From Octopus bimaculoides (lineage: Eukaryota): 41,777 nt of DNA. Shown in pieces: positions 11,369 to 25,310 of this stretch. The position numbers were made by a program, and so were the translations under genes. The first letter of the stretch is position 1; every line of letters starts with the position of its first letter. The stretch covers positions 21,382,040 through 21,423,816 of the forward strand of contig NC_068995.1 of assembly GCF_001194135.2 (NCBI RefSeq). Reading direction: 5' to 3'. Below the pieces are notes generated by a model that was not told the DNA's origin, did not search any database, and saw only the letters and a list, made by a program, of their open reading frames with translations.

Positions 11369-14001
11369 AAAATGTTGAGTTAGGCAGATTAAATATATTT
11401 TGGCTGTTATATTGATAGGTAATATAAGTAATATGAGGACATATTCTTCTATACTATATTATATTGTCACAGTATATAGCTGTACTGTAGTTGAACTCAT
11501 TGCATTATAGATAAGGAGAGTGGATATTTATGAACAATAGACTTGTGGTATATGTACTGATGCAACGAGAATGAATTTAAATTAAACTTTTTGTAAAGGC
11601 GTCAAATTGAACAACATTTTAAAATCAAATGCTTTATATTTGAATGGCAATATTCTATGAGTTTTATGTGCTAAATAGAAATAATGTAGAAGATGTAGAA
11701 GTGTTTTATTAGCATACTTAATATATGCCCAATCTGAACTGCCTGAATTTAAATGTAACAAGCTATCGCAACTGACAATGTATACTATAAGGTTTGCAGT
11801 TTTTCTTTTTCTCTCTGCATTCTGGAATGGTAACAAGACATGTCCATTAGTGAAAGTGGATCTAAACAACGAAGTTATTCTCTGTAATTTGCTATAATGC
11901 AAGATTTCATAGAACATAAGATAAAAAGAGGAAGAAAATGAGAAAGAATGAAATAAAGTGGGTGAATTTGAAAGAAAATACACCTCGTGTGTCTGCACGT
12001 GAGAATATATTGTTTCAGCACACACTGGTAGGTGTATTATGAGTTGATAATCGAATCAATACTTTTTTTTTTCCGCAAAACAATGGATTTGCAACATTGG
12101 TGCAGTGTTTCAAACCCATACGAAGTAGAATGATCGGATTATTGTATTTTCCCAAATCATCAATGATCTAAAACTAATTGAATTACTTCCACTTTACAAG
12201 TGTAGAGTTAATTTACGTCACAAAATATAAATAAAATTAAGTGCACAATTAACTTCTTTAAAACGTCTTTATTTTCCAGTGCCATCTCACTCCTTTCCGA
12301 TGTTTGCCAGACTGATGTAAGTATTTGGGCAGGGTCTCCTGTCTGCTCAGAAAGGAATAATTCTTTGCTCCCAGCAGTCAGGTTAGGCCTAAATTAGCTG
12401 CGGCTATCCGCTCTCCCTCAGTCTAACAATTAATGAATCATAAAAATATGCATTATCCTAAGAATTCTCCAAAAGTAATTTCTTTTTTTCTGTCTTGGAC
12501 ACCTACTTTTGTCATCTCTACTTCCACTGAATATCACTAGATTAATTATAACCTCTTGGTAATTTATTGGCACAAATATTTCAAAGTCAAATTGACTAAT
12601 CAATAACATAATTGCCTTAGGAGTGTAGAACACTGACGTAAAGCTTAACTATTTTCATTTTAGCAGCATAGACAACATAAATAAAATTATATCTTTATAC
12701 GTGAGGCTTAAAGTTTACAGCTATTTACTGAGTATCGAATAGGAATTTCAACTTTACTACAGTATTTCCTTCGTTTCTATGATGTTCATGTATTATGTTA
12801 TCTAAGCGGAGACACTAGCATTATGAATTATATTCCAGGCGTTGCATTTGGTTGGGAGTTATTGTCATTCATTATTACTAAACCATTTTAGATCATCGCA
12901 ACATAACATTTCTCTCAGTTATAACTTAATATCTGTAATGTATTAAAATTTATTCTACTTGAAAACAAGACATTAATTTGGTGCATTATCAACACTCAAC
13001 ATCTTGCAGCACATAATTATAAGCTGACTTAAATATTGCTAACGGAGACAGCATTGAGAAATTAATGAATATATCGCTATTTCTACTCTCGCGATGCGTA
13101 TCAAAATTAGTATGAAAATTCCATAAATCCTATCGAAGGAGCATTTCAAAATTCATTTACGAAAAGTCTCTACATGGATTTTTATAACAGAGGACATTTA
13201 TCGACCTCTTAATATAAGACATCCCCAAAATAAATAAATCTGACCGATTAAACAGTTGACTGACTCTAAAATATTTATTTACCTTTGAATGATTACTGCA
13301 ACGTTTGAACTTTTACAATTAACTCAACTAATTCTTGAATTCATTTTACACGTACATTAGAAAAATTAGACTTGTCCCAAGCAGAACGATTCATTATATA
13401 TGAGAGTTTAATGACAAAACTCTCAATTAACTAGAAATTAATAGAAATTGTGTAATGGTTTAATCTAACGGAATAGAAACCTTTTACTTGAGATTGAATA
13501 ACCCAAATTTCTGCTATAGAAAATATTTGTTCTTTCCTTAAGATCATATGCCAGTCAGATAAAATCAATAGAATTATAATAATGGATAATACGTTATACA
13601 AAGAAAATCGTTTTTCTATGAACAATAAATGAATTAATTAAATCCATGGTTTCAAGTTTTTGTTTACTTGTAGCTATCAGTTGAGATTTCACTGACGCAT
13701 CACTGTATATTAATAATTTTTTTCTGTTTTTTTTTTTTTTTTNNNNNNNNNNNNNNNNNNNNNNNNNNNNNNNNNNNNNNNNNNNNNNNNNNNNNNNNNN
13801 NNNNNNNNNNNNNNNNNNNNNNNNNNNNNNNNNNNNNNNNNNNNNNNNNNNNNNNNNNNNNNNNNNNNNNNNNNNNNNNNNNNNNNNNNNNNNNNNNNNN
13901 NNNNNNNNNNNNNNNNNNNNNNNNNNNNNNNNNNNNNNNNNNNNNNNNNNNNNNNNNNNNNNNNNNNNNNNNNNNNNNNNNNNNNNNNNNNNNNNNNNNN
14001 N

Positions 14002-14051
<50 letters not shown>

Positions 14052-14519
14052 TTTTAGTTGATTTACAAGTATAAAGAAAATGCTCAAACAATAGTTAACC
14101 AGTTATAGCTTTTTCGAATAACGTATCTAAGGTTATATTTCACTGCGATATTTAAATTGCCCCACTTTCTTTGAGAAAGCACACTGTAATTTGAACGAGA
14201 TATGATTGCTGTTCCTAGCAAGCCAAGCAACCACATAGAGTACCTTGTATCTTACTGGTTGATTATTTTAGTGTATTAGACATATTCATACATCTCATTG
14301 AACTGACGGCGCTGCTCACCCTATCCTACGATCACACCAACACGTTCTGCTATGAGAACGATATAAAACAATGAAAACATTCATCTCTGGTGGAAGCGCC
14401 TCTAGCCTTGACGTTTGTAAAAGTAGCAGAACAACAGCAACAGCACAGCAACAGTTGCAGCAGCAACAGTAGTAGTAGAAGTAGTGTTTTGTTATTTTCG
14501 TTTAGAGAAATATTGATTT

Positions 14520-14722
14520 CAAAATTTGGCACAAGGTCAGCATGTTCGGAGGAAGGGTTAATTCGATTCCGTCGACCTCAGTGCTCAACTGTTACTTATT
14601 TTATCGAGCCTGCAAGGAAGAAATGCAAAGTGGACCTCAGCGGAATTCGAACATAGAACATAAAGACATAACTAAATGCCGCTAACCATTTTCCCGGCGC
14701 ATTAATGATTCTGCCAGTTTGT
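14520..14722 (-). mobile_element. SINE family A
   Basis: aaatttggcacaagg..gtcgacctcagtgctcaactg..aaatgccgctaaccattttcccggcgcattaatgattctgccag is the reverse complement of the family A body. Confidence 0.85.
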
Positions 14723-15739
14723 CTGTCAACTTCAGATTATTAATGATCGTACTGTTGGTAGCAATTTATTAGTATCACATACTAACCTCCCATCTACATC
14801 GCTTTTTATATTCCATCATTTCGGAGTGACAATGGAAACACTGGTCCTGTGTGGTCTGTTAGTTGAAAGATATGGCTTGCGATATCTGTTTCCACTATTT
14901 TCGATAAATGGAAAATGCACGCGACGACACGGCTTCCAGCTGTGTCAACTATATTTTCCCTTGCATTGATAAGAGGGAAGATTTCCATGTATAGGCAAAA
15001 GGAAATCGTCTACGAAAACCTTTGAAAAGATATGCAATTTTAAAAAAGAAATTTCAAACTTCTGAAATTTCAAGCCTCATTATCCCAATAAACTGGGGTC
15101 ACATCTCAACATGTTTAAAAAAGAAATGGATCTAGTCTTTCTCATTCACAAAATGAACCCCCCCCCCTTCCTTAATTTTGCTCAGATTACTTTCAATTTT
15201 GGTCTATCGATGCAACTCTGAATTTTGATTACAATCAACCAATTACTTTATCTCGTAAATTAAAGAATCTGATGTTATTTGGAATTAAAGTTGGGAAATT
15301 TGGGTAATTTCAACCAATGAACAGACAGCGCGGCATTAGTAGCTTGTTACCATAATAACCGCACGCTGCGTTGTGGTTCACTGTTGTCTCTGTCGCTGTT
15401 GTCTATTTTGATTTCCCCCGCGTGTTTTAGTTTTTCTGTGTGTTAGTATATCACATATTTTTCTGTGCTTTTTCTGTGTTAGTATTTGTATATATTTTTC
15501 ATTGCATATATTTTTGGGACTCATTGACTCAGCTGGATTTATGATTAACATTAGGTTAATTCTATTCATGATATTTTAATTATGAATATTTCTTAAACCG
15601 TTAGCTTCACATTTCAACAGCTTGACTGAAATTTAGCACACGTAACAGGAACTGAGAGGGATATCATGGAACAGATAAACTGTGGCTGATACCGATATTA
15701 TTTTTGAATTCTGCAAGCAAAAAAAAAAAAATGAGATAC

Positions 15740-16165
15740 AGCCGCAGGAGTGGCTGTGTGGTAAGTAGCTTGCTTACCAACCACAAGGTTCCGGGTTCAA
15801 TCCCACTGCGTGGCACCTTGGGCAAGTGTTTTCTACTATAGCCTCGGGCCGACCAAAGCCTTGTGAGTGGATTTGGTACACGGAAACTGAAAGAAGCCCA
15901 TCGTATATATGTATATATATATGTATATGTGTGTGTGTGTGTGTGTTTGTGTGTGTCTCTGTTTGTCCCCCTAGCATTGCTTGACAACAAATGCTGGTGT
16001 GTTTATGTCCCCGTCACTTAGCGGTTCGGCAAAAGAGACCGATAGAATAAGTACTAGGCTTACAAAGAATAAGTCCCGGGGTTGATTTGCTCGACTAAAG
16101 GCGGTGCTCCAGCATGGCCGCAGTCAAATGACAATCAAATAAAAGATTAAAAGAGTAAGAGAGTA
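15740..16165 (+). mobile_element. tRNA-derived SINE, family B (octopus-type), near full length, with an internal (TA)/(TG) tract
   Basis: A-box tggctgtgtggtaag, B-box gggttcaatccca, core ggcaccttgggcaagtg..gccgaccaaagccttgtgagtggatttgg, 3' part cttagcggttcggcaaaagagaccgatagaataagtac..ggtgctccagcatggccgcagtc, and an aaaagag-type tail. Confidence 0.9.
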
Positions 16166-18086
16166 TTCTTTTCCTTGGGACAAATTCTTTATTGACCAAT
16201 GTTATTTTATCGTAGTTTACATATCCAAGCATGAAAACGTTACTCAACTTTGGAGTTTTGGAGACAGACATGCACATATTACACACATGCACATACACAT
16301 ACACACACATACATGCACTCATATATCAATGATGTACATAAATACATGCATAAATTAAACACATGCAGATGAATAATGATTTTTTTAAATGATAAAAACA
16401 TATAGACAATGAATAGACAAAAGAAACAGTAAGATGATACATGTTCATTTTATTAGGTATTTCTGTCAGACACTAAATTATAAATTTCACAAGGTACAGC
16501 CGCAAAGTTGATACCGTTCTGCTAAATGCAGAAAATTTCTGTCTCGCTACTGGCTAAAAATACTCAGTGTTTTCGACTTTTAAACCTCTGTAACTTGTTA
16601 CTCCAATCTTTTCTCCACCACGTCATACCTTCAAAGCAATGAGACTGAAAGGCTACATTATTATAGCCGAGTTTCAGGTTTTATACTTGCTTTTTAAAAA
16701 TGCATATTTTGCGAATGAAAAACACTAGATCCAAAGAAATAAAAGAAAAGACACTTATAGTATATTGTAACGTATATTATAGGAACATTAACGGTAAGGA
16801 TCTCAGCTATAAGTGAGGGCTTGCAAAGTGCATGACGAAGAGTCGGCATACATTTTTTTCCCCAGAACATTCCACTTAAACTTATTTTGGGATTTTAGGA
16901 TTTCAGGGCTAAGCAATATATAGAGTTTGGCAAGGTACGTATTAGGTAACTGATGTTATTGCAGACGTTAACTCCAGGTCATCCTAAACTTATGATTAAA
17001 AGCATGATGTGCTACAGCCTTTCTTATTTTTACCAGCACACACAGGAAAGAGGACCATAGTATTCAATGTTTACTTTTCGAAAACGGAAAGTGCCATTCG
17101 AGATAGATTTTTACTTCTGCTTAGCTAGCTGATGCTTTTATTTCGTGGTATAGTATGATGAAGCAGAAACAGAAGCAAAAACAAAATATAAAAAGCAAAC
17201 GTTTTTACGAAATATATATTCACAAATACAAAAATATAAAATATTATTCTAGTAGTAGTAGTAGTAGTAGTAGTAATTGCTATTGTCATTGTTGTTGTTG
17301 CGATAGTGGTGGGTGATGGTGGTCGTGGTGGTTGTCTACGCAGTATTAGGAGAAGCAGTAGCGGTAGTAGTAACATTAGCAAATAGCAAACGCTGTTTGT
17401 ATAAAATATCATAAGATATCGACTTCAGTTTCTTTTATAGTCGGTCCGATATCATGGAACGTGATAAAGATTTACAATTCTTATTCGGCTACTAAGAATA
17501 CCGTGGCGTATTATATAGGAACAGTATTCGATGTAATTCGATCTCTGATAAGAATTCGGGAATGGCACGATTTCCCCGATAGTACCAAAGCTATTCTATT
17601 AAATAATGTATTTATTGTCGAAATATAAAGAACACGACTTCCATAGAAAACATTCCAAGAAAATTCTTTGGAAGAAAATGCAGAATATAGATAACTATGG
17701 TGGTCTTTAATTTTCTCTCAACTGGAAATAATCCATTAAATATACATGTATATAAATATACATAAATGTATATATATTTACGTATGCATGCTTGGATGTG
17801 CGCGTGTATATGTATGCATGTATGTATGTATGTATTATGTATGTATGTATGTATGTATGTATATATATATATATATATAAATATATATATATNNNNNNNN
17901 NNNNNNNNNNNNNNNNNNNNNNNNNNNNNNNNNNNNNNNNNNNNNNNNNNNNNNNNNNNNNNNNNNNNNNNNNNNNNNNNNNNNNNNNNNNNNNNNNNNN
18001 NNNNNNNNNNNNNNNNNNNNNNNNNNNNNNNNNNNNNNNNNNNNNNNNNNNNNNNNNNNNNNNNNNNNNNNNNNNNNNNNNNNNNN

Positions 18087-18122
<36 letters not shown>

Positions 18123-18844
18123 CGTGTAAATGTATGCGCTTTTCTGTGTGTTTATGGATGTCTTATTTGTTATATATATGTTTATATGTCCGTAAATATA
18201 TATGTATACACATGTTGATATGTGTATCAATATATATGTATGTAGATAGACATATATACGCACAGATATTAAATATACATACATGTGTGTATTATACATA
18301 CATATACACGCGCGTGCGCACACAAAGTTGCAATGCTTATACACACATGTCGAACGATCTGAAATTCAAGTAATGTTATTTTAAATTAGCATTCTGTTTT
18401 AGTATCAGCCTGAAACGTTATATAAAATGGATGGTTACGCTACAATTTCCTCTGTCTGTGTGAACAAGGAATGAGATGTATCTCACCAGTTTCTAGTTTT
18501 CTCATGTCTTCGTCAGAGAAAGTATACGCATATCTTCCTCTGTACGGTGCGTACAGTGTGTTATAACAATTTATACAGAATACAGTATTAACTGGTGACT
18601 TTATTTTCATGACGGGGAAAACATGGCATGATAAACTCATTCAAAATGCAGCAAAGCATTTTTGGATAGTTTGAAATGCAACCTTTACCTTTTTGCTGTA
18701 AATGTACAATTTCTGCCTAAACGTGAAATGTACTCAGTATGGTGGTTTTCTTAATCAAACCGGAAATAATAGAAGGCTAACTACAATTCAATGAGGGATG
18801 ATAATAGTAGTTTAGATAGTAGTACTAAACAGAATTATAACTGA

Positions 18845-19046
18845 TTTCAAAGTCTGGCACAAGCCAGCCATTTATGGAGGGAGCAAGTCGATAGATCGAC
18901 CCCAGTGATCAACTTGTGCTTATTTGATCAATTCCGTAATGATAAAAGGCAAAGACAACTTCGGCAGAATCCATACTCAAAACGTAAAGACGGACGAAAT
19001 GCCGCTAATACCCGGCGTATTAACGATTCTGCCAGCTTGACGTCTT
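18845..19046 (-). mobile_element. SINE family A
   Basis: ggcacaagccagc..gtcgatagatcgaccccagtg..aacgtaaagacggacgaaatgccgctaa..aacgattctgccagct. Confidence 0.85.
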
Positions 19047-19075
19047 GAACACTACAGTAACCCATATTCCTCCCA

Positions 19076-19280
19076 GAGGCGGCAAGGCGGCAGAATCGTT
19101 AACGAACTGGGTGAAATGCTTAGCGGTATTTTGTCCGCTTCCACCTACTCCCGCCAGGGTCGATTTAGCGTTTCATCCTTTCGGTGTCGATAAGATAAGT
19201 ACCAGCTAAGTACTGACGTCGATGTATTTGATTATCTCTTCTCCCAAATTTCAGGCCTGGTACCTACAGTAGAAAGGATT
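19076..19280 (+). mobile_element. SINE family A
   Basis: ggcggcaaggcggcagaatcgttaac..gaaatgcttagcggtattt..tttcatcctttcggtgtcgataagataagtaccag..tacctacagtagaaaggat. Confidence 0.85.
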
Positions 19281-19659
19281 AATATTTCTCTCATAAAAGC
19301 TTGCAACACCTTTTATTATTATTAGTACTACCACTGAAGCTGTTGTCAATGTTGCTGTAACTGCTGCCGCTGCTAATGCTGGTGCTGCTGGTGTAGTTGG
19401 GGCTGGAGGTGGTGCTATCACGCTAGAAGATGCTGGCTATTGTAGGCGATTGTTTCCATTGTTACATTTTGATATATATAGTTTCCACTGGTTCTACATT
19501 CGAATGCGGTTGATATTTAATGCTGTAAACTTACTCCACGTTGTTGATACCTTGTCTTATGCAAATGAGGTTCACCATTTTTGCTGTGTTCGACTTTGAA
19601 TACTTTATGAATTGCAATAAATTTCTAATTTCCCTGTAATACAGAGCATTAAATAGAAG

Positions 19660-19965
19660 TAGCCCAAACACGGTTTCCAGGTTCACTCCTGCTGGGCGGC
19701 ACTTCGGGCAAATGTCTTTTACTATAACCACGGCCCGACCAAAGTCTTATGAGTGGATTTGGTAGACGGAAATATGTTTGTGCAAGCGTGGAGAATCAGT
19801 ATGTGTGTGTATGCGTGTGTGTGTGTTTGTCCTTTACTACCGCTTGACAACAGGTGTTGGTGTGTTGATGTCCCGTAAGTTAGTGGCTCGGCAAAATAGA
19901 TCGATAGAATAAGTACCAGGTTTAAGGATGTACCCCAGCATGGCTGCAGTCTAATAACTAAAAGA
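19660..19965 (+). mobile_element. SINE family B, decayed
   Basis: ccaggttcactcc..ggcacttcgggcaaatgtc..ccgaccaaagtcttatgagtggatttggtagacggaaa..cggcaaaatagatcgatagaataagtacc..ccagcatggctgcagtc. Confidence 0.8.
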
Positions 19966-20024
19966 TGTGCATATATATATATATGTAAAAAGTACACATT
20001 AAGTATAGGGCATCACCAACGAGC

Positions 20025-20830
20025 GAAAAACACGTAAACAGGACAAAATACAAAAACAAAATACACAGTAAGATCAGGACAACAACAACAACAAGTGAAA
20101 ATTACGTAAACACATAACGGGACAAGATACCAGAAGAAGTGTAACTCTTCTTCAGTTGTCTATTGTTTATTACTCCCAATTTCGAGCTTTCAATGAGAAG
20201 ATATGAAAACTTCATAAGACAGCAGTATCCAGAAATATTTTAAAAATGTGAAATTTAGGGAGAGTTAGTGCTTAGAATAAACAAACAGCACAACAGTGGA
20301 CGTACGACATAAACAATCGATGAAGACAAATATAAAGAGCCGTTAGGCCAAGACTCATTGTAATGGGTAACGCCTGGGAGAAATTTTGAAAGGATATAGA
20401 ATAACTAGAAGAGAAGAAAATATTAGATGAGAAAAATTTCGGGAGGCGAGAGAAATGACGTCCAGCTTGGTGGACGTCACGTTCAAAAATGACCGAGGTG
20501 AGAAATGGCCTGTAGTCACGTGTGAGCAAACAGGCAGAGGGGAATGTGGACAAGAGAGATGATGAGGAAAAGGAACAAAGGGAGTGAGAAGAAGGGAGAA
20601 GGAACGAAAGATAGTAGGGAGTGGAAGAAAGACTGGGGACAACAAAGAACGAGGGGGAGAAACGGAAAATGAGACGATTATAGAGGAATAGAGAGATAGA
20701 AAGAAAACAAAGTGTGGAGTCGGAGAAATAAATGAAAGAACTTACTGTGGAAAAGGATGCGTTGCGTTCGGTTATAAATAAATAAAAGATACACAAACAC
20801 ACATAAACAAAAAGTAATATCACACACGTA
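20025..20830 (-). mobile_element. Non-coding interspersed repeat, possibly PLE 3'UTR/pseudo-LTR: CT-rich stretch, hammerhead-like motifs, then T/G-rich tail
   Basis: Minus strand has a long CT-rich tract, then cttatga-agttttca..tgaaagct-cgaaattgggagta..gacaactgaagaag, then a TG-rich tail ending gtttacgtg. The gacaactga(a/t)gaag start and gtttacgt end resemble 26021-26190. Confidence 0.4.
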
Positions 20831-21276
20831 TACACACACTCGCTAGTTTAGTGCTCACATACATCAGATAACCTGTCACACATATACACACGACTCTACA
20901 CACGTATACACAAGCATAAACATAGAGGGTATACAAGTACACATTGCCTCATACTTGCACATACGTACTTGTTTTGCACAGAAACACACGTGCCCCTGTG
21001 CATAACCCTAGAGACACGCGCACTAGCTTCAGACACGTATATGCTTGCTCACATACCAAGTTATTGTATCCCATTTAACACCCATGATTTAAGCCAACTT
21101 CTTCCTTTTCCGGTCAGATCGTTTAATTGAAAGATGTTTTTAGATTTTTTTTTCTTTTTAAATTCCGCAGAAGAGCTTATGTTCAATACATAAGTCTTTT
21201 TCCAGTGTTTTTCAGAGACAAACTAGTACACCCTGTTTGTTTTTTGACGTCATTTTCATGTTTTTAATTGTGTATG

Positions 21277-21312
<36 letters not shown>

Positions 21313-22337
21313 TGTTTTGGCCCTTCTATATCGGGTAGTAGTATGCTTCTCTATATACTAAGTTAACCGATATTAAACACATTTATGCTTTCTAAAATCA
21401 TTATAGAACTTTGTTCTTTAGCGTTTCAAAGTGGGCTATGAAATCAGAAATCTATATTACATTGTATATACATCAATGACATTAAACTACTGGTTGTTGT
21501 TATGCTTTTTCCTTTTATGGGAAAGCTTTACATTGGAGCTAGAACGAAAGGCGAACAGGACAATAACCCTTCCCCAAAAAATCAATGACAAAAACAAGCG
21601 AACCAACAGCAAATAATCGAATAGTCAGTTGTGTTTTAACATAATCTGGTGTTTTGAAGTATAAAGTAAATGAAATGCAGTTATTCCTGTAGCAATTTCG
21701 AATATTTCAATATCACATAAGTCGGTTTGTTCATAAATTCACTGAGATCAAATACTATGAAGCAATATCTGCCTTCTTTATCCCTATTAAACTAATATCT
21801 ATATGAATGGAACTAGTTTCGATTAAATTGGATCCACACCTATTTCTGCAAAATATGGATCTTATGCTTATGAAATATGAATCGACATTTTCTAAGTTAT
21901 GAAAAGTCGGTGCAGTGAACGTTACAAATCGATGTTGGCTCCCGAATAATATAGATTCAATCTCGATCAATTACAACGCGATAATATATTTAGGATATGA
22001 AAGTCATTAACTTGAAAGACGGGAGTTCCTAATAAAAAAATCCCAAAAAATCAATATAGCATTCGTTAACTATTATTAGGTAATGAAACTTCTGAACGAT
22101 CGACTGAATGCGCTACATTATTTAAATAGACTATTCTATGTTCTGATTGAGCTTTCGTCAAGAAAATAATCCTTAGGGCTTAATAATAATACTGGTTCTT
22201 ATTACCTTAGATATGATATCCCTCTATCATTATAAACATAGAATTAAAAATTGTTCAGTAATTCCTAAATTTCTGTAAACCAAGATGACGAAAATTATTT
22301 TTATATTATTCAGCTCAAGAAAATTCGTTTCTTTAAG

Positions 22338-22453
22338 CCTTTACTAGCCATGAGGAGGCCAAACGTTCCTTTGCACTCTCCTACGATTTAGGTAATTTAG
22401 CCTTGTCTAAAGCGGATGATATTCGAAAATTTAAAAAAAAGCAAATGCTTCAG
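22338..22453 (+). CDS. Candidate internal coding exon of an unidentified gene
   Basis: Acceptor cgtttctttaag|, open frame (A)FTSHEEAKRSFALSYDLGNLALSKADDIRKFKKKQMLQ, donor cag|gtcaga (alternative donor tag|gtaatt at 22391/22392). No family recognised. Confidence 0.25.
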
Positions 22454-25187
22454 GTCAGAGTCAGAAATTTTGTTTGTGTTTAGCTCAAGGAGTTTCAAAG
22501 CTAATTATGAAAACAGAAACCAATACAACAGTAAAATAAGATGGAATAACCAATGCATATGAATCTGGCACACAATACTTAGGCGCATTTGGCATTATAT
22601 AGTTTATATGTAACTTATAAGCAAGAGAAAACCAATAACCTATTAACATACTGAATTATTATATCTCAAATAATCATCATCAAAATATAATTTTCTAAAA
22701 TATATACAAATGAAATATATTTCTACACGGTTAAACACAATCTACATCTTTAGCAACTAAAATCTGTGGAATTAAACGTGACACCCGAATTAATAAATAT
22801 AGATAAATAAATAAAGTAAGTTAGAATATGATAGTTGAAAATATAGCATCTATGCGCACATATTGTGGATTGAAATGTAACGTATATATACCAATGTTTC
22901 TTAAGATTGATTTCTGACGCCCTCTAGTCCTTTATATAACAACAAAACAATAAATAAACCAATGAGAAGATGCACTGATAGCTGGCGATCAACACTAATG
23001 CTAAAAATGAAGCACTTGTGAATAAAAGATTAGTCATAGGTTTTATTCTGAACCAAATATCTTTTATGATTAGTATAAATTGATTGCAGCGAAAAGTACA
23101 TACTTTCTGTTTACAACATATTTGAGAACATAACGCCTACCTAAAATGTATCTAAACTACCAGTTGTTTAATAAAAATACTATCAACTTAGTGCACATTA
23201 CATATGAGATATCGACATGCTCAATGTCAAAGTGAATGTTGTCTGTAAACACAGATATATTAAATTACATAGGATAAGATACTAGGAGTCCTTCGAAAAT
23301 CAAAGAAAGATAGACTAACTTCTTCGCATTTAACCACAAAATTGGAATGCAAAGATGCATGTATTCATCTATTTATGCTGATACAAACTCATGTGTGTGA
23401 TCATGAAGAAATGGGTAGCTTCAAACGATAGATTCACTTCGATGCAGTGAACACGTGCAAAACCCCAATGAGACTATCCTTATGATATATTCCCCTCGAT
23501 ATATTTACCCTATTTCAGCGAAAGTAAATAATTCGGACGATGCTAGCTCATAAAATCACGGACCTTTTGTAGTATACATGAGCGATTATCATTAAAAGGC
23601 ATATAAACACCAGCTTTAGCGGAAAACAAAGAGAGTAAGCTGTTTTGTGATTAAGCCACTGCAACATATATCACAGACAACATCCTGAAATGTCGCATTC
23701 AAGAGAGGATTTCATGCACTACCAATTCGAGTAATAACAAGGCATTTGATTTTGGCTCTATATGTATTTCATGGAATTACTTTTTAAATATATTATGGAA
23801 TCTGGATTATTTGCTTTGCAGTATCAGGGCACCAGCTTTCACTTTTTACGCAATCGTAATACACAGCAGCAGAATTGATGATTTCAAGAATATAGAATCG
23901 ATATTAGAAGTAATGTAATATAACTAGCATTGATTAAATCGGCTTCAACCAGTTTGATCCAAACATTTGATTGATGCGTTAATAAAATATATCATTACAG
24001 AAATCTGGTTCAGTTTCGCCCTTATCAAAGAACTTACCATTTCATATTTTCTTTCTTACGCAAACTTTCTGCATTTATTCCTGCCTTTCTTTTCCCTTTC
24101 TCTCTTTTCCTTCCTCGCTCTTCACATTCTATATCTCTCTCGGTTTCTCTCTGTCTCTGTCTGTCTCTCTCACACACTCTCTTTCAGTCTCTCATTCTCT
24201 GTTTAATATTGATTCCTAAAAAATATCTCCAGCGAAATTTAATATAACGCTTTCTTGTGTATACATATTTTTCTGCTTTTTGGTTCGGATTTTCGCTCCT
24301 GCTTTCATCAATCATAGAGCTTTCTCTTTCTTCCACGATTTTGTGTCAAATAAGTAAAAGCCAAAAAAGCAAAACTGTGAAATAAATACTTGTTCTTCTG
24401 ACGTGTTTATTTATTGGATTAAGCCAACTACAAATATCATTCCATGAAAAGCTTCTAAATCAATATTATTTAGTTGAAGCGAGTGATTTTCAGACGTAAC
24501 CCACTTTCAAATTCTATTTGTTTTATATTTAAATACTCTCCTGACAATCCAGTGGATTTAGCTTTCTTTTAAAGTAAACATGCATTTCTGTTCGTATTAT
24601 GTATGTATGCATGTATGTATGTGTAACATACATAAGTGCAAGCATAAATACATACACACACACACACACATACATATACATATATAAATATCTATATGTT
24701 CAAACGCACACGCACACGCAGACACATACATATACATATCTATTCATTCATTATACCAATATATGTAAATACATGTGGCAACAGTGATTGCGCATATCTT
24801 CATTCAGAAACTTACACATATGTACGTGTCATTGTGTACATATCAATGTGTCAGGCTGTGGTTTGCGAGTATATTTACTGAATAAAATATCGATATACAT
24901 AACTGTAACTCGAACACACACACACATATATATATATACGCATACACACACACCCACACACATACACACGCTCATATATTGAATGACATGTCTATATATT
25001 TATGCACAGACGTATGCAAGACCTTATTCCTATATTATAACTGTTAAATATACAAACCTGTTTCTAGCCAAATGTGCATACGCACACACTAAGGTAATGA
25101 AAGTGTAAAGCTAGAGAGAAGCGAATGGGGTACAGTGTATGAGAGTGTCCGTACTGTAACTCCACCACTTATATCTCACTGTCTGTA

Positions 25188-25189
<2 letters not shown>

Positions 25190-25222
<33 letters not shown>

Positions 25223-25229
25223 CACACTA

Positions 25230-25279
<50 letters not shown>

Positions 25280-25310
25280 AGACACAGACAACACACACAC
25301 ACACACTCAT
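25190..25310. repeat. (CTGT)n(CT)n(CA)n compound microsatellite
   Basis: Directly visible. Confidence 0.9.

Noticed and set aside
11582-12025. 147-aa minus-strand ORF
   Set aside because: Composition is typical of random AT-rich DNA (F/L/S/Y-rich), with no motif and no splice support.
12325-12380. Short hairpin suggesting a pre-miRNA
   Set aside because: The stem is too short and irregular and the loop too small.
15740-15815. tRNA-like A/B boxes (also in family A heads)
   Set aside because: These are SINE heads continuing into SINE bodies, with no full cloverleaf. They are not tRNA genes.
18480-18545. Minus-strand exon-like segment GRYAYTFSDEDMRKLET followed by |gtgaga
   Set aside because: The acceptor is weak, there is no recognisable homology, and no linked exons were found.
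20272-20835. 187-aa S/F/L-rich ORF (likewise 26311-26793)
   Set aside because: It is a translation of a CT-rich repeat tract.
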